Both the position numbers and the translations under genes were made by a program. From a virus (Duplodnaviria; Caudoviricetes), in IMG/VR virus record IMGVR_UViG_3300035208_003115: DNA of 64,000 nt; one strand, written 5' to 3'. Shown piece after piece: positions 18,501 through 28,494 of the stretch. The notes under the pieces were generated by a model. It was not told where the DNA came from and searched no databases. It saw only the letters and a program-made list of their open reading frames with translations. Position 1 is the stretch's first letter. Every line of letters starts with the position of its first letter.

Positions 18501-21500
18501 AAGCGTTGGCTAACATGCCCTTTAAGTTGGCCCGGATATAATTGCGGGCTTCAGTATCTGTCGAGTATTTAATGTCGAAATCAAGTTCTATTCCTGGGGT
18601 TCCAGCGGCTTCGTCAATATATAGCTCATAGTTATTGTATCCTTGCGCACCAATAATATCACTTATTTCCTGCTTGATAAGCTGAGGATTGCCCTTGGTG
18701 CTAAATGGGTCAATTAGGGGCACATATGGTTTCCGCTTTAAGGCTTCTCCCTGTGTCTGCCACATATTGAAATCGTGCTGATCAAATCCTTCTTGGGTAA
18801 CGGTTTTATACTGAACATCTGAAAGGTTGACCGCAGGGTGCCAGCCTATCCACGATTCTCCCGGAAGATAATGATCCTGAAAATACTTCTCTAAGTTAGG
18901 GTTGGGGTCTACATCTTCTCCCCATTTGGCTTGTAGGAATCGTCTCATCCCCAGTGGGACCTTGGAAGCTATCTCATTTCGCTCTTCTGCTGGTGCCGTC
19001 ATGAATGCATTAAAGAACTCACGCTGCTTTGTTGGAAGGGCTCTCATGATAGAGGCGAAGTCACCGTGAACATCGGCTCCGTACATCGTAGACTTATACT
19101 TTTCTCTAAAGCGAAGGGCGGCTCTAGCGAAACGAGTCGAGCTCTCGATGGCAGATTCAGCGGCATCCTCGGTCCACTTTTGCCGACTTAGAACTTGAAG
19201 AGCAGCAGAGAGTCCCCTCTTTTCTTCTCTAATCTTTTTACGGTTTTCAGGATCTTCTTCCTGAAGTTGAGCCAGGCTCTGTTCACCATACTTTTGAGTT
19301 ATGGCTTCTTTAACTTCTTTGCGAGCGCGACGAGATGCCTCAAGAGTTTGAATAACCTTGGCCGGGTCAATCCCTTCTTTTTCAATAGCAAGATCCCTGG
19401 AATAAGTGTAGAGCCTGCGATATTTTAGATACTCGAGCATGTCATAGTACTGGTCGATATCCCATTGCCGTTTGCGATATTCGGGTATGGCCGCTCCCCA
19501 GTTACCTGCACCAGCCATGGCTCCACCAACTAAGCCCGCCGCTCCGAGAACTGTCTTGGCTACCTTTGAAGAGCCGAAGAGAGTAGCAACGAATCCTCCA
19601 ACAAGACCAGCTCCGACCGGGCCCATTCCTGCTATTTTGTGACCAATTGGCATAATAAAGTCACGGTATGGATGAGACCAGTCGGCTGAATCACGGCCAT
19701 ATAGTTGTGTTCTTTCCCACGACTCTAATGCACTCCGGTTTTGTAAAAACTTAGTATGTAGAGGAGTGTCAGCGTGGGAGAAGGTTTCCCATAAAGAACC
19801 AACAGCTCTTTCGAGCGGGTCATATTTAACCTTGTGATTTAGCGGAGAGTATACTTCTCCTGGCCCGGTTCTTTTGAACTCTCCCATCTTTTTCTTAATT
19901 AGGCTCTGATTAAGATCTCCGATAACGACAGGAACAGTGGGCAAGACAGTTGATGTCTTGGTGCGATATCTTGGGTCATCAAGAACCTGGATGCTGAGGC
20001 TCTTACCCCTTTCTAGATAGCTTTCTAGATATGACTCTCCCTTCCCTGTTATTCCTTTAACTCCAGCGAGGTCATATATCGTCCCCTTATCGCCCTCAAC
20101 GGTAAAGCGACCCGCACCGAGATACTTTTCTACTGTAATTCTTTCTGAAGCTGTGTCCCCCGTAGTGAATGTTCGAGGCTTGAAGGAGTAACGCTTCTTC
20201 ATTTGCGTTACTTCTTTCTTTAGATATTTCCTCTCTGCATCTGCTTCCGGAGTAAGCATTCCGGCCTTGGACATAGCCATGATATACTGTTGGCTAAATC
20301 TATATTGGCGACTATATGGGGCTACTCCACCGAGAATACGATATGTATCCATCATTGAGTAGTCTTCGTATTTACCTGCAGTAGCTCCAAGGTTTGCCAT
20401 TCCTAGTTGTCTGGCAGCCTCAGTGATTCCCTCTCCTGGCTTATAGAATTTTTCATAACCTGAACCAGGAAGACGGATTTCTCCTAGTTCAACCTTGGAA
20501 TACGGGTCTCCTTGGTGGAAATTGGTAAAGTAATCGCTCCCAGGCATCCACGCAGGCATTGTATTGGGGATGGGATTAACCAGTTCTATTTGACGTCTAC
20601 GGTGAGGAATGAAACGCCGGAATAGTTCTGTCGTTCCAAATGGATCTCCAATATTAAGATCCCAGTAAGCTCTTTCTGCTCCCGCGATACGGTTTGCTGA
20701 TTCTAGTTGGGGCTGTGTGAAAAAGTCTTGGTTGCCAGAAAGGCGAGAGTTCGCAGAGTTGACCATGAATCCATAGATACCGAGATATTCGGTTCCCCTA
20801 TAGATTTGTTCACCGACCCTTCCTTTAATCGAGTCAGGAGCAATGGCGGCATCAGGAGGTAGCCCGCCAAGCCCAGCCGCGACACCATACGGTAACTGCT
20901 GCTCTGTTTCACCGGGGATATACTCTCCATTATATTTCTGAGGAAAGACAAAATCGTTATAGCCTCCGCCGGATCCAACTCCGGTTCCGCCTGGACCAGG
21001 TCCAATTCCTCCACCTGGAGTGATACCTCCAGGTCCGGGACCACCAACTCCATAGTATCCTGGTCGGCCGCCAGATCCATAAAGATATTCCGAGTGCATC
21101 ATCATTGGTGGAGCTAGAAGTCCCCCAATCATTGGCCCCAAGAAGGGGAGGTCCTGTGCTCCAGATGTAACTATGGGGTAGGGTCTATCTTCATAGTGCT
21201 TGATTGCATAGTGGTAAGGGTCAGCATAATTAGACCAGTATTCAAACTCTGATCCATATTGGACATCGGTAAACTCTGCGTGAGCCTTGTGTTTTTTATA
21301 CCAATTAGGAGCGAAGTATTTGGGCTTCGTTCCTTCAAAGGGTGTTCCTCCAAACATCCACCAACGACCTGACCGAACCGGGACTCTCTTGTGTCCAAAG
21401 TATTCATCATAGTAGTCGCTTCCCTCCATTGTGAGGGCTCGAGTTGATGCTCCTCCTAGGAAAGCAGAAGCGGCTAATCCCGAGAAGAACCCAGTCTTTC

Positions 21501-23475
21501 CTCCATACGCTCCCGCAACAAGAGGAATCCCCATTCCGCGAATTAGAGACATACCAGAAGACGACGTAATTCCCGGCATTAGTTCTTCCAGGTATTTGGC
21601 CATATCCGTAATGCCGAGGGTATCTCTTAAATAAGCACTCCCCATATTAAATCCGGTGGCAGTATCAGCTAGGAGGTCACTGGGACCATATCCAAAAACT
21701 CCTCTAGTTAAATCATTCCCCGCAGAGACCAACTGATAGGAGGCATATAGGGGGAGGAATCTTTTGAAGAACATCTTCCAGACAACATCTGCAGCAGAAT
21801 GTGTGGTTGCTGGATTAAAGTTGCCAAGACCAATGTCTTCCATAAGACGGGTCGGACGATTGAATAACCAAAAGGCAGTAGAGCCTGGCATGTCATGCTG
21901 CGGGACAAAAGCAAATGCTGTTTTAGACTGGAACTGTTCACCGCTTTTCTTTTTAAAGTTCTTAGATACAGCAGTAAAGACATCTTTGCCAGATGTAGAA
22001 GGCTTAAGTTCTTCGAACTCAGCCGTTCCGAGAGTTGCCTTATACATTGATTTAATGGCAGATAGAAGACCTCCCTTACCCTTGCGGTTGATGATCGGAT
22101 GGGCGGCTTTTTCCCACCGAGAGGGATTTTCTGCAAAACCTGTTTTATGGAGAAACGGAATATCCATTTCGAGGGCGTTTAGTGTCTTCTGCCACCATTT
22201 ATCATTCGGGGCATTGAACTTATATCCTCCCGTGTATTGGCGTTTGCGCGCTGTCTCTCCAAATACAGTTTCGTGATATATCGGATTAGTTCCCTTTATT
22301 CTCTTGCCCCTTATGTCTTTGGGGAATTCATAGCTCCCGGCCTCGATAAGGGAACCCTTGCCAATCTGTTTCCCGCTTGCAATATCAAATAACTTGCCTC
22401 CAACAAATGCCGCTCCTTCTTTCCCAGCAGTTACTCCTGGGCCGATAGGTGCTCCGGCATTGAACTTGTGGAACTGAGTTCCTTGTTCTAGGGCTCCAAT
22501 CCATTCGTCGGGCCTGAATAGTTTTATTGGGTTGTAATTAAAAATGGGGAGGTGAAAGTTATTCGTGAAACCGAGTATAGTATTAGATACCAGTTTCTTG
22601 GGTGTATAGGCATTAAGATTTAGAATTCTGTTGGATACAGTGTCGAACATTACTCCCTTACCGAGACCCACGGAGGAGAAGTCTACACCTGCATTCCTAA
22701 CTGCGGTTAGGCTGTCGATTGGACGACCGAGTCTAATCGCATCGGCGATAGTAGCTGAGCGGAGCCCATTCACCACTTCGAGATTAGTAATCCCATGTTT
22801 CTTGAATAGAGTATTAACGGCCTGTTCGGTTGCCGTTCCCTTTAGGTCTACGTTACTAATCTCTTTTTGGATCCGGGAGATCATCCCTAAGTGACTTTGA
22901 ACGGGATACTTGGCGGGCGCATTACTAAAAACATTTTGGGCTTGGTTGAGAGTCTTCTCAAACCTTGAGGCAAATCCTCCTATATTATTTAGTTGGGTTT
23001 CTTCTACCGTCTTGGTGAAAGAAGAATACCATGGCCTAAATTGTGAGTCCATTCTAGCGACAGAGCGAGCCAGATATGGAGCGAGAGCTTTCCCCCCATA
23101 GTAGAGGGAACCCAAACCCGCCGCTGATTCTAGGAGACGAGAACTGAGAGATTTCTCTTCCCCAGATACAGCTTGTCTTTTTGTTTCGAGAGAACTATAT
23201 ATCCTGGCCGTTCCATAGGCGGCTCCACCCGCAAGTGCAGCCCCCATAACACTAAGGGTGGGGTTCTTGGAACGAGCGGCAGCATACCACGTGAGCCCAA
23301 GAATACCAGCTGTGGTTGTTGCCCCAATCCCGAGCTGTTTTAGCTGACGGGACTCTGCTTCTTCTGTACTAAGTTGTTCGCCTTCGCTGAATCGATTATT
23401 ACGTAAGAATCCAGTAAGAGCACCTAGAGAAGTAGCAGCTAAACCTTGTGTAAGGAAGCTCTGTGGAATAGGCAT
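18490..23475 (-). CDS. Tape-measure-like protein with hydrophobic Gly/Ala helices and a degenerate SNase-like domain
   Basis: 1661 aa directly after the tail chaperones; several G/A-rich membrane-like helices; OB/SNase-like segment at ~19880-20146. Confidence 0.65.
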   Translation of the reverse strand: MPIPQSFLTQGLAATSLGALTGFLRNNRFSEGEQLSTEEAESRQLKQLGIGATTTAGILGLTWYAAARSKNPTLSVMGAALAGGAAYGTARIYSSLETKRQAVSGEEKSLSSRLLESAAGLGSLYYGGKALAPYLARSVARMDSQFRPWYSSFTKTVEETQLNNIGGFASRFEKTLNQAQNVFSNAPAKYPVQSHLGMISRIQKEISNVDLKGTATEQAVNTLFKKHGITNLEVVNGLRSATIADAIRLGRPIDSLTAVRNAGVDFSSVGLGKGVMFDTVSNRILNLNAYTPKKLVSNTILGFTNNFHLPIFNYNPIKLFRPDEWIGALEQGTQFHKFNAGAPIGPGVTAGKEGAAFVGGKLFDIASGKQIGKGSLIEAGSYEFPKDIRGKRIKGTNPIYHETVFGETARKRQYTGGYKFNAPNDKWWQKTLNALEMDIPFLHKTGFAENPSRWEKAAHPIINRKGKGGLLSAIKSMYKATLGTAEFEELKPSTSGKDVFTAVSKNFKKKSGEQFQSKTAFAFVPQHDMPGSTAFWLFNRPTRLMEDIGLGNFNPATTHSAADVVWKMFFKRFLPLYASYQLVSAGNDLTRGVFGYGPSDLLADTATGFNMGSAYLRDTLGITDMAKYLEELMPGITSSSGMSLIRGMGIPLVAGAYGGKTGFFSGLAASAFLGGASTRALTMEGSDYYDEYFGHKRVPVRSGRWWMFGGTPFEGTKPKYFAPNWYKKHKAHAEFTDVQYGSEFEYWSNYADPYHYAIKHYEDRPYPIVTSGAQDLPFLGPMIGGLLAPPMMMHSEYLYGSGGRPGYYGVGGPGPGGITPGGGIGPGPGGTGVGSGGGYNDFVFPQKYNGEYIPGETEQQLPYGVAAGLGGLPPDAAIAPDSIKGRVGEQIYRGTEYLGIYGFMVNSANSRLSGNQDFFTQPQLESANRIAGAERAYWDLNIGDPFGTTELFRRFIPHRRRQIELVNPIPNTMPAWMPGSDYFTNFHQGDPYSKVELGEIRLPGSGYEKFYKPGEGITEAARQLGMANLGATAGKYEDYSMMDTYRILGGVAPYSRQYRFSQQYIMAMSKAGMLTPEADAERKYLKKEVTQMKKRYSFKPRTFTTGDTASERITVEKYLGAGRFTVEGDKGTIYDLAGVKGITGKGESYLESYLERGKSLSIQVLDDPRYRTKTSTVLPTVPVVIGDLNQSLIKKKMGEFKRTGPGEVYSPLNHKVKYDPLERAVGSLWETFSHADTPLHTKFLQNRSALESWERTQLYGRDSADWSHPYRDFIMPIGHKIAGMGPVGAGLVGGFVATLFGSSKVAKTVLGAAGLVGGAMAGAGNWGAAIPEYRKRQWDIDQYYDMLEYLKYRRLYTYSRDLAIEKEGIDPAKVIQTLEASRRARKEVKEAITQKYGEQSLAQLQEEDPENRKKIREEKRGLSAALQVLSRQKWTEDAAESAIESSTRFARAALRFREKYKSTMYGADVHGDFASIMRALPTKQREFFNAFMTAPAEERNEIASKVPLGMRRFLQAKWGEDVDPNPNLEKYFQDHYLPGESWIGWHPAVNLSDVQYKTVTQEGFDQHDFNMWQTQGEALKRKPYVPLIDPFSTKGNPQLIKQEISDIIGAQGYNNYELYIDEAAGTPGIELDFDIKYSTDTEARNYIRANLKGMLANAYVS

Positions 23476-23478
23476 CTA

Positions 23479-24108
23479 TTATCGGCCTGGTGTCCTCTGT
23501 TTATACTTTTGCATTAGACTAGTGGCTCTTTCTTTGGCTTCATCAGCTAGTCGGCTCTCATCTTCGGGAGTTATTTCGTGGCGTCTTGACACAACGTTTC
23601 CATGAGCTTCAGGAATTGGTTGCTTTTCTTCGCCCGTAACATCGAGTCTTTGTCCCATTATTATTTCCGCTACAGCTAATAGACGGGCCAGTTCTTTATA
23701 GTTCTTAGCCTCTAGCTGTTCAATTGTATATGTCGGAAAAGCTTTTGAGATAAAAGCGATAATTTGTTCACTTAAAGTCTCTGCCAGAGCCCTTCTTATA
23801 GTTAATTCTTCGGCGAAATTCTTGATGTCGTAGAACCCAGATTTAAGAGCTATCTCAGAAACAATGGCGGTTACTTCTCCCGCATATAGATTATCAAGAG
23901 CTTCTTTGTCAGGATGGACGACGATGAAGTCTAAAATATAGTCTTCTGCAGCCGGAGTTACATATTCCCCCTCGCAAAGAGATGTAAAGGAATCGTATTC
24001 TGCTTTTGTCATTAACTTAAAATAAATATCTACATCAGACTCATTGACATGAATCTTATAGATTGAGCCGTGGCGTTTCTTTAATTCTATTTCTAGGGGA
24101 GTGGTCAT
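23479..24108 (-). CDS. Tail assembly chaperone (long paralogue)
   Basis: N-terminus LKKRHGSIYKI...FKLMTKAEY...EIALKSGF resembles the upstream 124-aa gene; between tube and tape measure. Confidence 0.7.
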   Translation of the reverse strand: MTTPLEIELKKRHGSIYKIHVNESDVDIYFKLMTKAEYDSFTSLCEGEYVTPAAEDYILDFIVVHPDKEALDNLYAGEVTAIVSEIALKSGFYDIKNFAEELTIRRALAETLSEQIIAFISKAFPTYTIEQLEAKNYKELARLLAVAEIIMGQRLDVTGEEKQPIPEAHGNVVSRRHEITPEDESRLADEAKERATSLMQKYKQRTPGR

Positions 24109-24118
24109 AGGATATCCA

Positions 24119-24157
24119 ATAAAAAGAAGGGGCCAAGCCCAGATGAGCTCAGCCCCT
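24119..24157 (-). terminator. Rho-independent terminator between the two chaperone genes
   Basis: Minus strand GGGGCTGAGCTC-ATCT-GGGCTTGGCCCC followed by TTCTTTTT. Confidence 0.75.
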
Positions 24158-24177
24158 GATTTGCTTACGAAAGTCTA

Positions 24178-24552
24178 TTAGACTTCAGTAACTTCAACGG
24201 CCTTGCTGAAACCCGAGATTTCGAGAATCTGAGCGGCCAGCATTGGGACATAGCCGGTTGGCGATGTAGACGGGAAGTCGGTTGGCAGTTTAGGCCAAAC
24301 AACCGCAGTCTCTACAATCTTTTCTTCAGCCATGTCATTGCGGAAACGTGGTTCAGTATTCTCGACTAGCTCTGCAATTCTACGATGTTCCTGGCGTCTA
24401 AGCCGACGAACGTAAAAAACATCTGATGCTGGATCGTTCGGATCGAAGTTAACACGGTAAACTTTCCCGTATGTCGCCTTAAGCTGAGCGATATCTGGAT
24501 CTGATGTTGCTGCTTGTGTTGCTGCTTGCACTGGCTTTTGTTCTTCTTGCAT
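24178..24552 (-). CDS. Tail assembly chaperone (short paralogue)
   Basis: LKATYGKVYRV...YVRRLRRQE...QILEISGF; strong RBS AGGAGG; follows the tube paralogues. Confidence 0.7.
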   Translation of the reverse strand: MQEEQKPVQAATQAATSDPDIAQLKATYGKVYRVNFDPNDPASDVFYVRRLRRQEHRRIAELVENTEPRFRNDMAEEKIVETAVVWPKLPTDFPSTSPTGYVPMLAAQILEISGFSKAVEVTEV

Positions 24553-24571
24553 TTCTATTTCCTCCTATTAT

Positions 24572-25474
24572 TTACAGCGGTGGTAACGGCGGTAAATCAT
24601 TGCTATTATCAGGTTTTAGTATAAACCGTGAAGGCACTCTTGTCAATGGAGAATCTAAGCCACGAGCGATAAAGCTATATACTTCCTGAATTGGTTCCCC
24701 AGTTGTAGCAGTCTGGAGAGCGTGCCCTGTTATGTGGACACTATTCAATATTTTGGCCGTATGGCTACTTATCCCTTCATCTTCTACGGGTCTTTCCTTG
24801 GCATAGTTTCCGAATGTTATTAAGACGTCAAATGGAGGTAGGTTATCTGGGGGAATAGTCGAATACTGCTCTTCCGGAGCATCACCTGCTCCCCAGAAGT
24901 ATTGTTCGAGAAGATTTGCCTTGACACTGAAGTCTAACTCGTTTAACGAGTTATCGGTATCACCTGGGATATTAGTAAGCGGGCCATTAGGCCCTAGTGT
25001 TTTAAGAGAATTTCTCTTGTTATAGATATCGTCTAGAAAGCGCGCAAACTCATCGTGATCAATAGATCCAGGGACTCCGGGCCCCCCATCTTTAGACATA
25101 ACTTGACTATGTCTCAGGTATTCCGCGATAGCCATATTAAGATAGTTTGTATGAGTATAATTCATGGAAAAGGCACCGTTTATGAGCTGAGCACCTTTAG
25201 CAACCATGTCAAACTTCTGAGACTTATATCCATAGAATGGGCGCTTAGTCTGCGTCATCTCGTATTGAATCATGGAGATATCAGATAACCATATATCACC
25301 CAGGAAGATCGCGACCTGGCTTCCACAGAAATAGTCAGTAGAGTATCGTTCTATAAGGTTGTTATTAAGAGATCGATCTTCGAGAGCAGAGTTTCTATGA
25401 GGAGCCTCGGGACCGTTACGAAGAAACAAAGTGTTTCTTTTAAAGAGATCATCTAGATAGTTGTCGATTCCCAT
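24572..25474 (-). CDS. Tail tube-family paralogue (tube initiator-like)
   Basis: YFCGSQV, KRPFYGY, GAQLINGAF, LPPFDVLITF and EVYSFIAR match the other tube-family copies. Confidence 0.65.
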   Translation of the reverse strand: MGIDNYLDDLFKRNTLFLRNGPEAPHRNSALEDRSLNNNLIERYSTDYFCGSQVAIFLGDIWLSDISMIQYEMTQTKRPFYGYKSQKFDMVAKGAQLINGAFSMNYTHTNYLNMAIAEYLRHSQVMSKDGGPGVPGSIDHDEFARFLDDIYNKRNSLKTLGPNGPLTNIPGDTDNSLNELDFSVKANLLEQYFWGAGDAPEEQYSTIPPDNLPPFDVLITFGNYAKERPVEDEGISSHTAKILNSVHITGHALQTATTGEPIQEVYSFIARGLDSPLTRVPSRFILKPDNSNDLPPLPPL

Positions 25475-26130
25475 TAGATATGCCCCGCAACTATCCGACC
25501 TGATCCAGAATCAAATTTGAATGCAGTATCGAGAACCAAAAGACCCGAATCTCGGATTGGCCCGCCCCCAAGACTCGGATACATCACATCTATATCCTCC
25601 GCCACAAAGCTATGAACCGATTCTGTAAAGATATCGTTAATAGACATGGTTTGACTTTCGTCAACCAGCCTAATTCCATAGACGTTTAGCTGAGCCTGAT
25701 GTCCGTATTCATTAATAAATACACAACTAACATCAAATGGAGTCATCTGGTCGCCCAGAAGAGAGTAACCCCGCTCTCCTAAGCTCATATCTAGCTTGGC
25801 CTTATGCTGAGCAACCTGCCACAAAGCATATCTATCAAATATCGTGAAGATCATCGTGCCGGCAATAGTTCTAGGCCCCGCGGTGAATCCTCTGGGATAA
25901 GTGAATCCCAAGGCTCTTACGGGGAATCTTTCTCTGTGGATTGAATAGGTAAGGGTAGATAGATTTCCAAAAGTAGTAGGAGCCTGTCCATCAGTATGAA
26001 TAACAGCTCGCATATCACATCCCGAGAACGAGTTATTACGACGAGCATACTTCCACGAGGAGGGTTGTGGAAATAGATCGCTCTGAGCATTTCTAATGCT
26101 GTTTGCTAAATCATCAAACCATTTGGCCAT
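25474..26130 (-). CDS. Tail tube-family paralogue
   Basis: SFSGCD, YSIHRERFPVRALG, GPRTIAGTMIFTIFDR, PFDVSCVFINEYG; clearly similar to 26228..26875. Confidence 0.75.
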   Translation of the reverse strand: MAKWFDDLANSIRNAQSDLFPQPSSWKYARRNNSFSGCDMRAVIHTDGQAPTTFGNLSTLTYSIHRERFPVRALGFTYPRGFTAGPRTIAGTMIFTIFDRYALWQVAQHKAKLDMSLGERGYSLLGDQMTPFDVSCVFINEYGHQAQLNVYGIRLVDESQTMSINDIFTESVHSFVAEDIDVMYPSLGGGPIRDSGLLVLDTAFKFDSGSGRIVAGHI

Positions 26131-26152
26131 GAGTTATTCCAGGAAGAAGGAT

Positions 26153-26193
26153 GGGTTGGCGGGGCGATCCCTTTTGAGACCACCCCGTTACCC
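26153..26193 (-). terminator. Stem-loop after the major tube gene (weak terminator or mRNA stabiliser)
   Basis: CGGGGTGGTCTC-AAAA-GGGATCGCCCCG 12-bp stem; no strong U tract. Confidence 0.5.
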
Positions 26194-26227
26194 GATACAG
26201 CAGAGCAATACGGTGGGACTATATAGC

Positions 26228-26875
26228 TTAGTAACCTGTCTCGACTAGAGTCGGAATGTCTGCGAGGTTCACAGATCCATTCAGGTCTAGAATATCGATA
26301 CCGGTTCTTCCGCCTTCATACGGTCTCCAGCCAGTATATTCACGCGCAACGTAGGTAAAGGCCATTTCGTTGACAATATCATCAACTGAAATACCGGAAC
26401 CTTCGTTGAGTATTTCTACTCCGAGAATGGACATTGTAGTGACCTGTCCAACCTCGTTCGCGCCAGTGATTGTTACATCAAACGGAGGAATCTGGTCCGC
26501 ATATGTCGGGGTTGCCAGGAACGCAATCGAGTTTGAGTCAATTTGGTCGATAGGCACTGGTGCCTGACCAAATACGCGCCGACGGACAAGATTTTCATCC
26601 GTGCGTGCAACGTACACTGACTTGTTCATGATGCGGTGTAAAGCATGTCTGTCGAAGAGAATAAATACCATCGACCCTGCAATACCCCGCTTGCCGCGAG
26701 AGAAGGAGGCTGGGTTAGCACTGCCCAGCACATAAATCGGAGCCTTCTCCCTCGTGATAGAATACGAGACGCCCTGGATTTCTCCAATACGCTCATTATC
26801 AATGTGAACAACCATGTCCACACCGGAGAACGAGGTATACGTCTTCGTATACTGGGAGGTCTGTAGATCCGCCAT
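26228..26875 (-). CDS. Major tail tube protein
   Basis: Immediately downstream of sheath; YTSFSGVD, YSITREKAPIYVLG, GKRGIAGS, DQIPPFD; followed by a stem-loop like other abundant genes. Confidence 0.75.
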   Translation of the reverse strand: MADLQTSQYTKTYTSFSGVDMVVHIDNERIGEIQGVSYSITREKAPIYVLGSANPASFSRGKRGIAGSMVFILFDRHALHRIMNKSVYVARTDENLVRRRVFGQAPVPIDQIDSNSIAFLATPTYADQIPPFDVTITGANEVGQVTTMSILGVEILNEGSGISVDDIVNEMAFTYVAREYTGWRPYEGGRTGIDILDLNGSVNLADIPTLVETGY

Positions 26876-26892
26876 GTGTCTTTACTCCTTCT

Positions 26893-28464
26893 TTATAGTG
26901 AAGACTTTAGGTTAACGGTGAATTTAATCTTACGCGTCTCGAATGCCGGGACAAGCGTGAGATTAATTCTCATCGTGCCTAAGGTCTTATCTAGATCGCT
27001 GGCTGTGATTTCGAACTTGAAGCTCGTAAGAGCCGTGCCAACCATCTTGCGGTATGCTTTTTCGAGGGCTGTGTTCAACGCTGCCCGCATTGCATCGCTA
27101 TTGGGCTCACCGATGAAGGGAGTTGCGATATCGCGAGTTACTTTCGCAACAGCCTTGACAATACGATGGGTCGAAAGACGAGCATAGCTGGACGACGGAA
27201 GAGCCGCCGTTGGTGCATCCGTTACTGTGACTGCATTGTTGACGATTTTGAAGGTGACGTACTTGACATTGGAACCCTCAGATGCGTCCCCTAGTGGTGT
27301 CCCGCCATCGAGAAGGTCTAGCTGGCGGAGGGACTTCTTATAGCGAAGACCAAGAACACCAGAGATTCCCTTGTTTGTCGGGGCACTATGCGGAGGAAGC
27401 GAAGAGGTAAGAGCCGCATAAGCTGCCGCGCCACCTGTGTTAAGGGCAACCGCGAGGGCAGCATTCAGAGTCCCACCACTGAGTTCGTCGCCGGAAGTGT
27501 ATCTACCAATTCCGATGTTAGCATAAGCTCCATTGGAATAGATGGGCTCTTCAGAAGCGATGCTGAGATATTTACCGATGTCAACTGCGTATCCATCACG
27601 ATCTTCTAGAATTTCAGATTCAGCAATTGGAGGGAGCCCATACTCTTCTGAGCCAACGGCGAAGTTCGACTCGAAGAAGCCTGGAAGGACGCTATATCCG
27701 ACAGTTCCGGAAGTGGCACCGACCATGTATGGTTCGCCAAGAAGACCCGTTCCATCCGTAACAACATAGTACGTATTCGTGATGGGATCGAGAGCTTTGA
27801 CGGGCTCAGTTCCAACATATGCTGAAACACCCTGTAGGGTTCCAGACGCAGCCGGGGCGACGTTAATGACGCCATCGACTTCGTTATTTTGCGTAGACAT
27901 CTCATAACAGGCATGACCTAACTGATAGGCGAAGTTAGTGGGACGTCCGGAGACATCCGTTCCGTCTTCTCCGACTTCAGTAAAGGCTAGTGCGTCTGAT
28001 GGATAGAGAATGTCTACATTGGTGTAGTCTTTGAGAAGTGAATAGGCATAGTTAAGAGCTCGGTAGTAGTTGTCGGTATTAATAGTATATGTACCGCTAA
28101 CGCCTGCGGTGAAAAGATCATAGCTGACCAATGAATCGGGATCAGTGAATGAAGCTTCTCCCCACTTGCCGAGGTTAAACCCTGCCACACGGTTAGCGCC
28201 ACCGCCAATTAATTCATGCATTGCCTTGGAGATGGAGGAACCGTTAGAAGCGTAACCATATAGGTAATCGGCCTCACTTGGTTTCGTGAGACGAACGACC
28301 TGAAATGGATACTGCTGTAATCCGTTTGTTTCTGCTCTCGATGTGCCAGCAGCCGCGAAACCGATAGCGACGATAAGGTCGCCAGCTCCTTGGTTTTGCG
28401 AAACCGCCAGGCCGCCATCTACTAGCTCCGTCTCGAAGACGGGTAGATTCACAGACCGGGCCAT
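26893..28464 (-). CDS. Tail sheath protein (contractile tail)
   Basis: Sheath C-terminal signature YARLSTHRIV...PFIGEPNS...INLTLVPAFETRKIKFTV; SAPTNK. Confidence 0.9.
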   Translation of the reverse strand: MARSVNLPVFETELVDGGLAVSQNQGAGDLIVAIGFAAAGTSRAETNGLQQYPFQVVRLTKPSEADYLYGYASNGSSISKAMHELIGGGANRVAGFNLGKWGEASFTDPDSLVSYDLFTAGVSGTYTINTDNYYRALNYAYSLLKDYTNVDILYPSDALAFTEVGEDGTDVSGRPTNFAYQLGHACYEMSTQNNEVDGVINVAPAASGTLQGVSAYVGTEPVKALDPITNTYYVVTDGTGLLGEPYMVGATSGTVGYSVLPGFFESNFAVGSEEYGLPPIAESEILEDRDGYAVDIGKYLSIASEEPIYSNGAYANIGIGRYTSGDELSGGTLNAALAVALNTGGAAAYAALTSSLPPHSAPTNKGISGVLGLRYKKSLRQLDLLDGGTPLGDASEGSNVKYVTFKIVNNAVTVTDAPTAALPSSSYARLSTHRIVKAVAKVTRDIATPFIGEPNSDAMRAALNTALEKAYRKMVGTALTSFKFEITASDLDKTLGTMRINLTLVPAFETRKIKFTVNLKSSL

Positions 28465-28494
28465 TAAAATCCTCCCTGTGGTAACTAGTAGTTC

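Noticed and set aside
20960-21080. Collagen-like repeat in the tape-measure-like protein
   Set aside because: GGPGPGG tract lacks Gly-X-Y periodicity; a flexible linker is more likely
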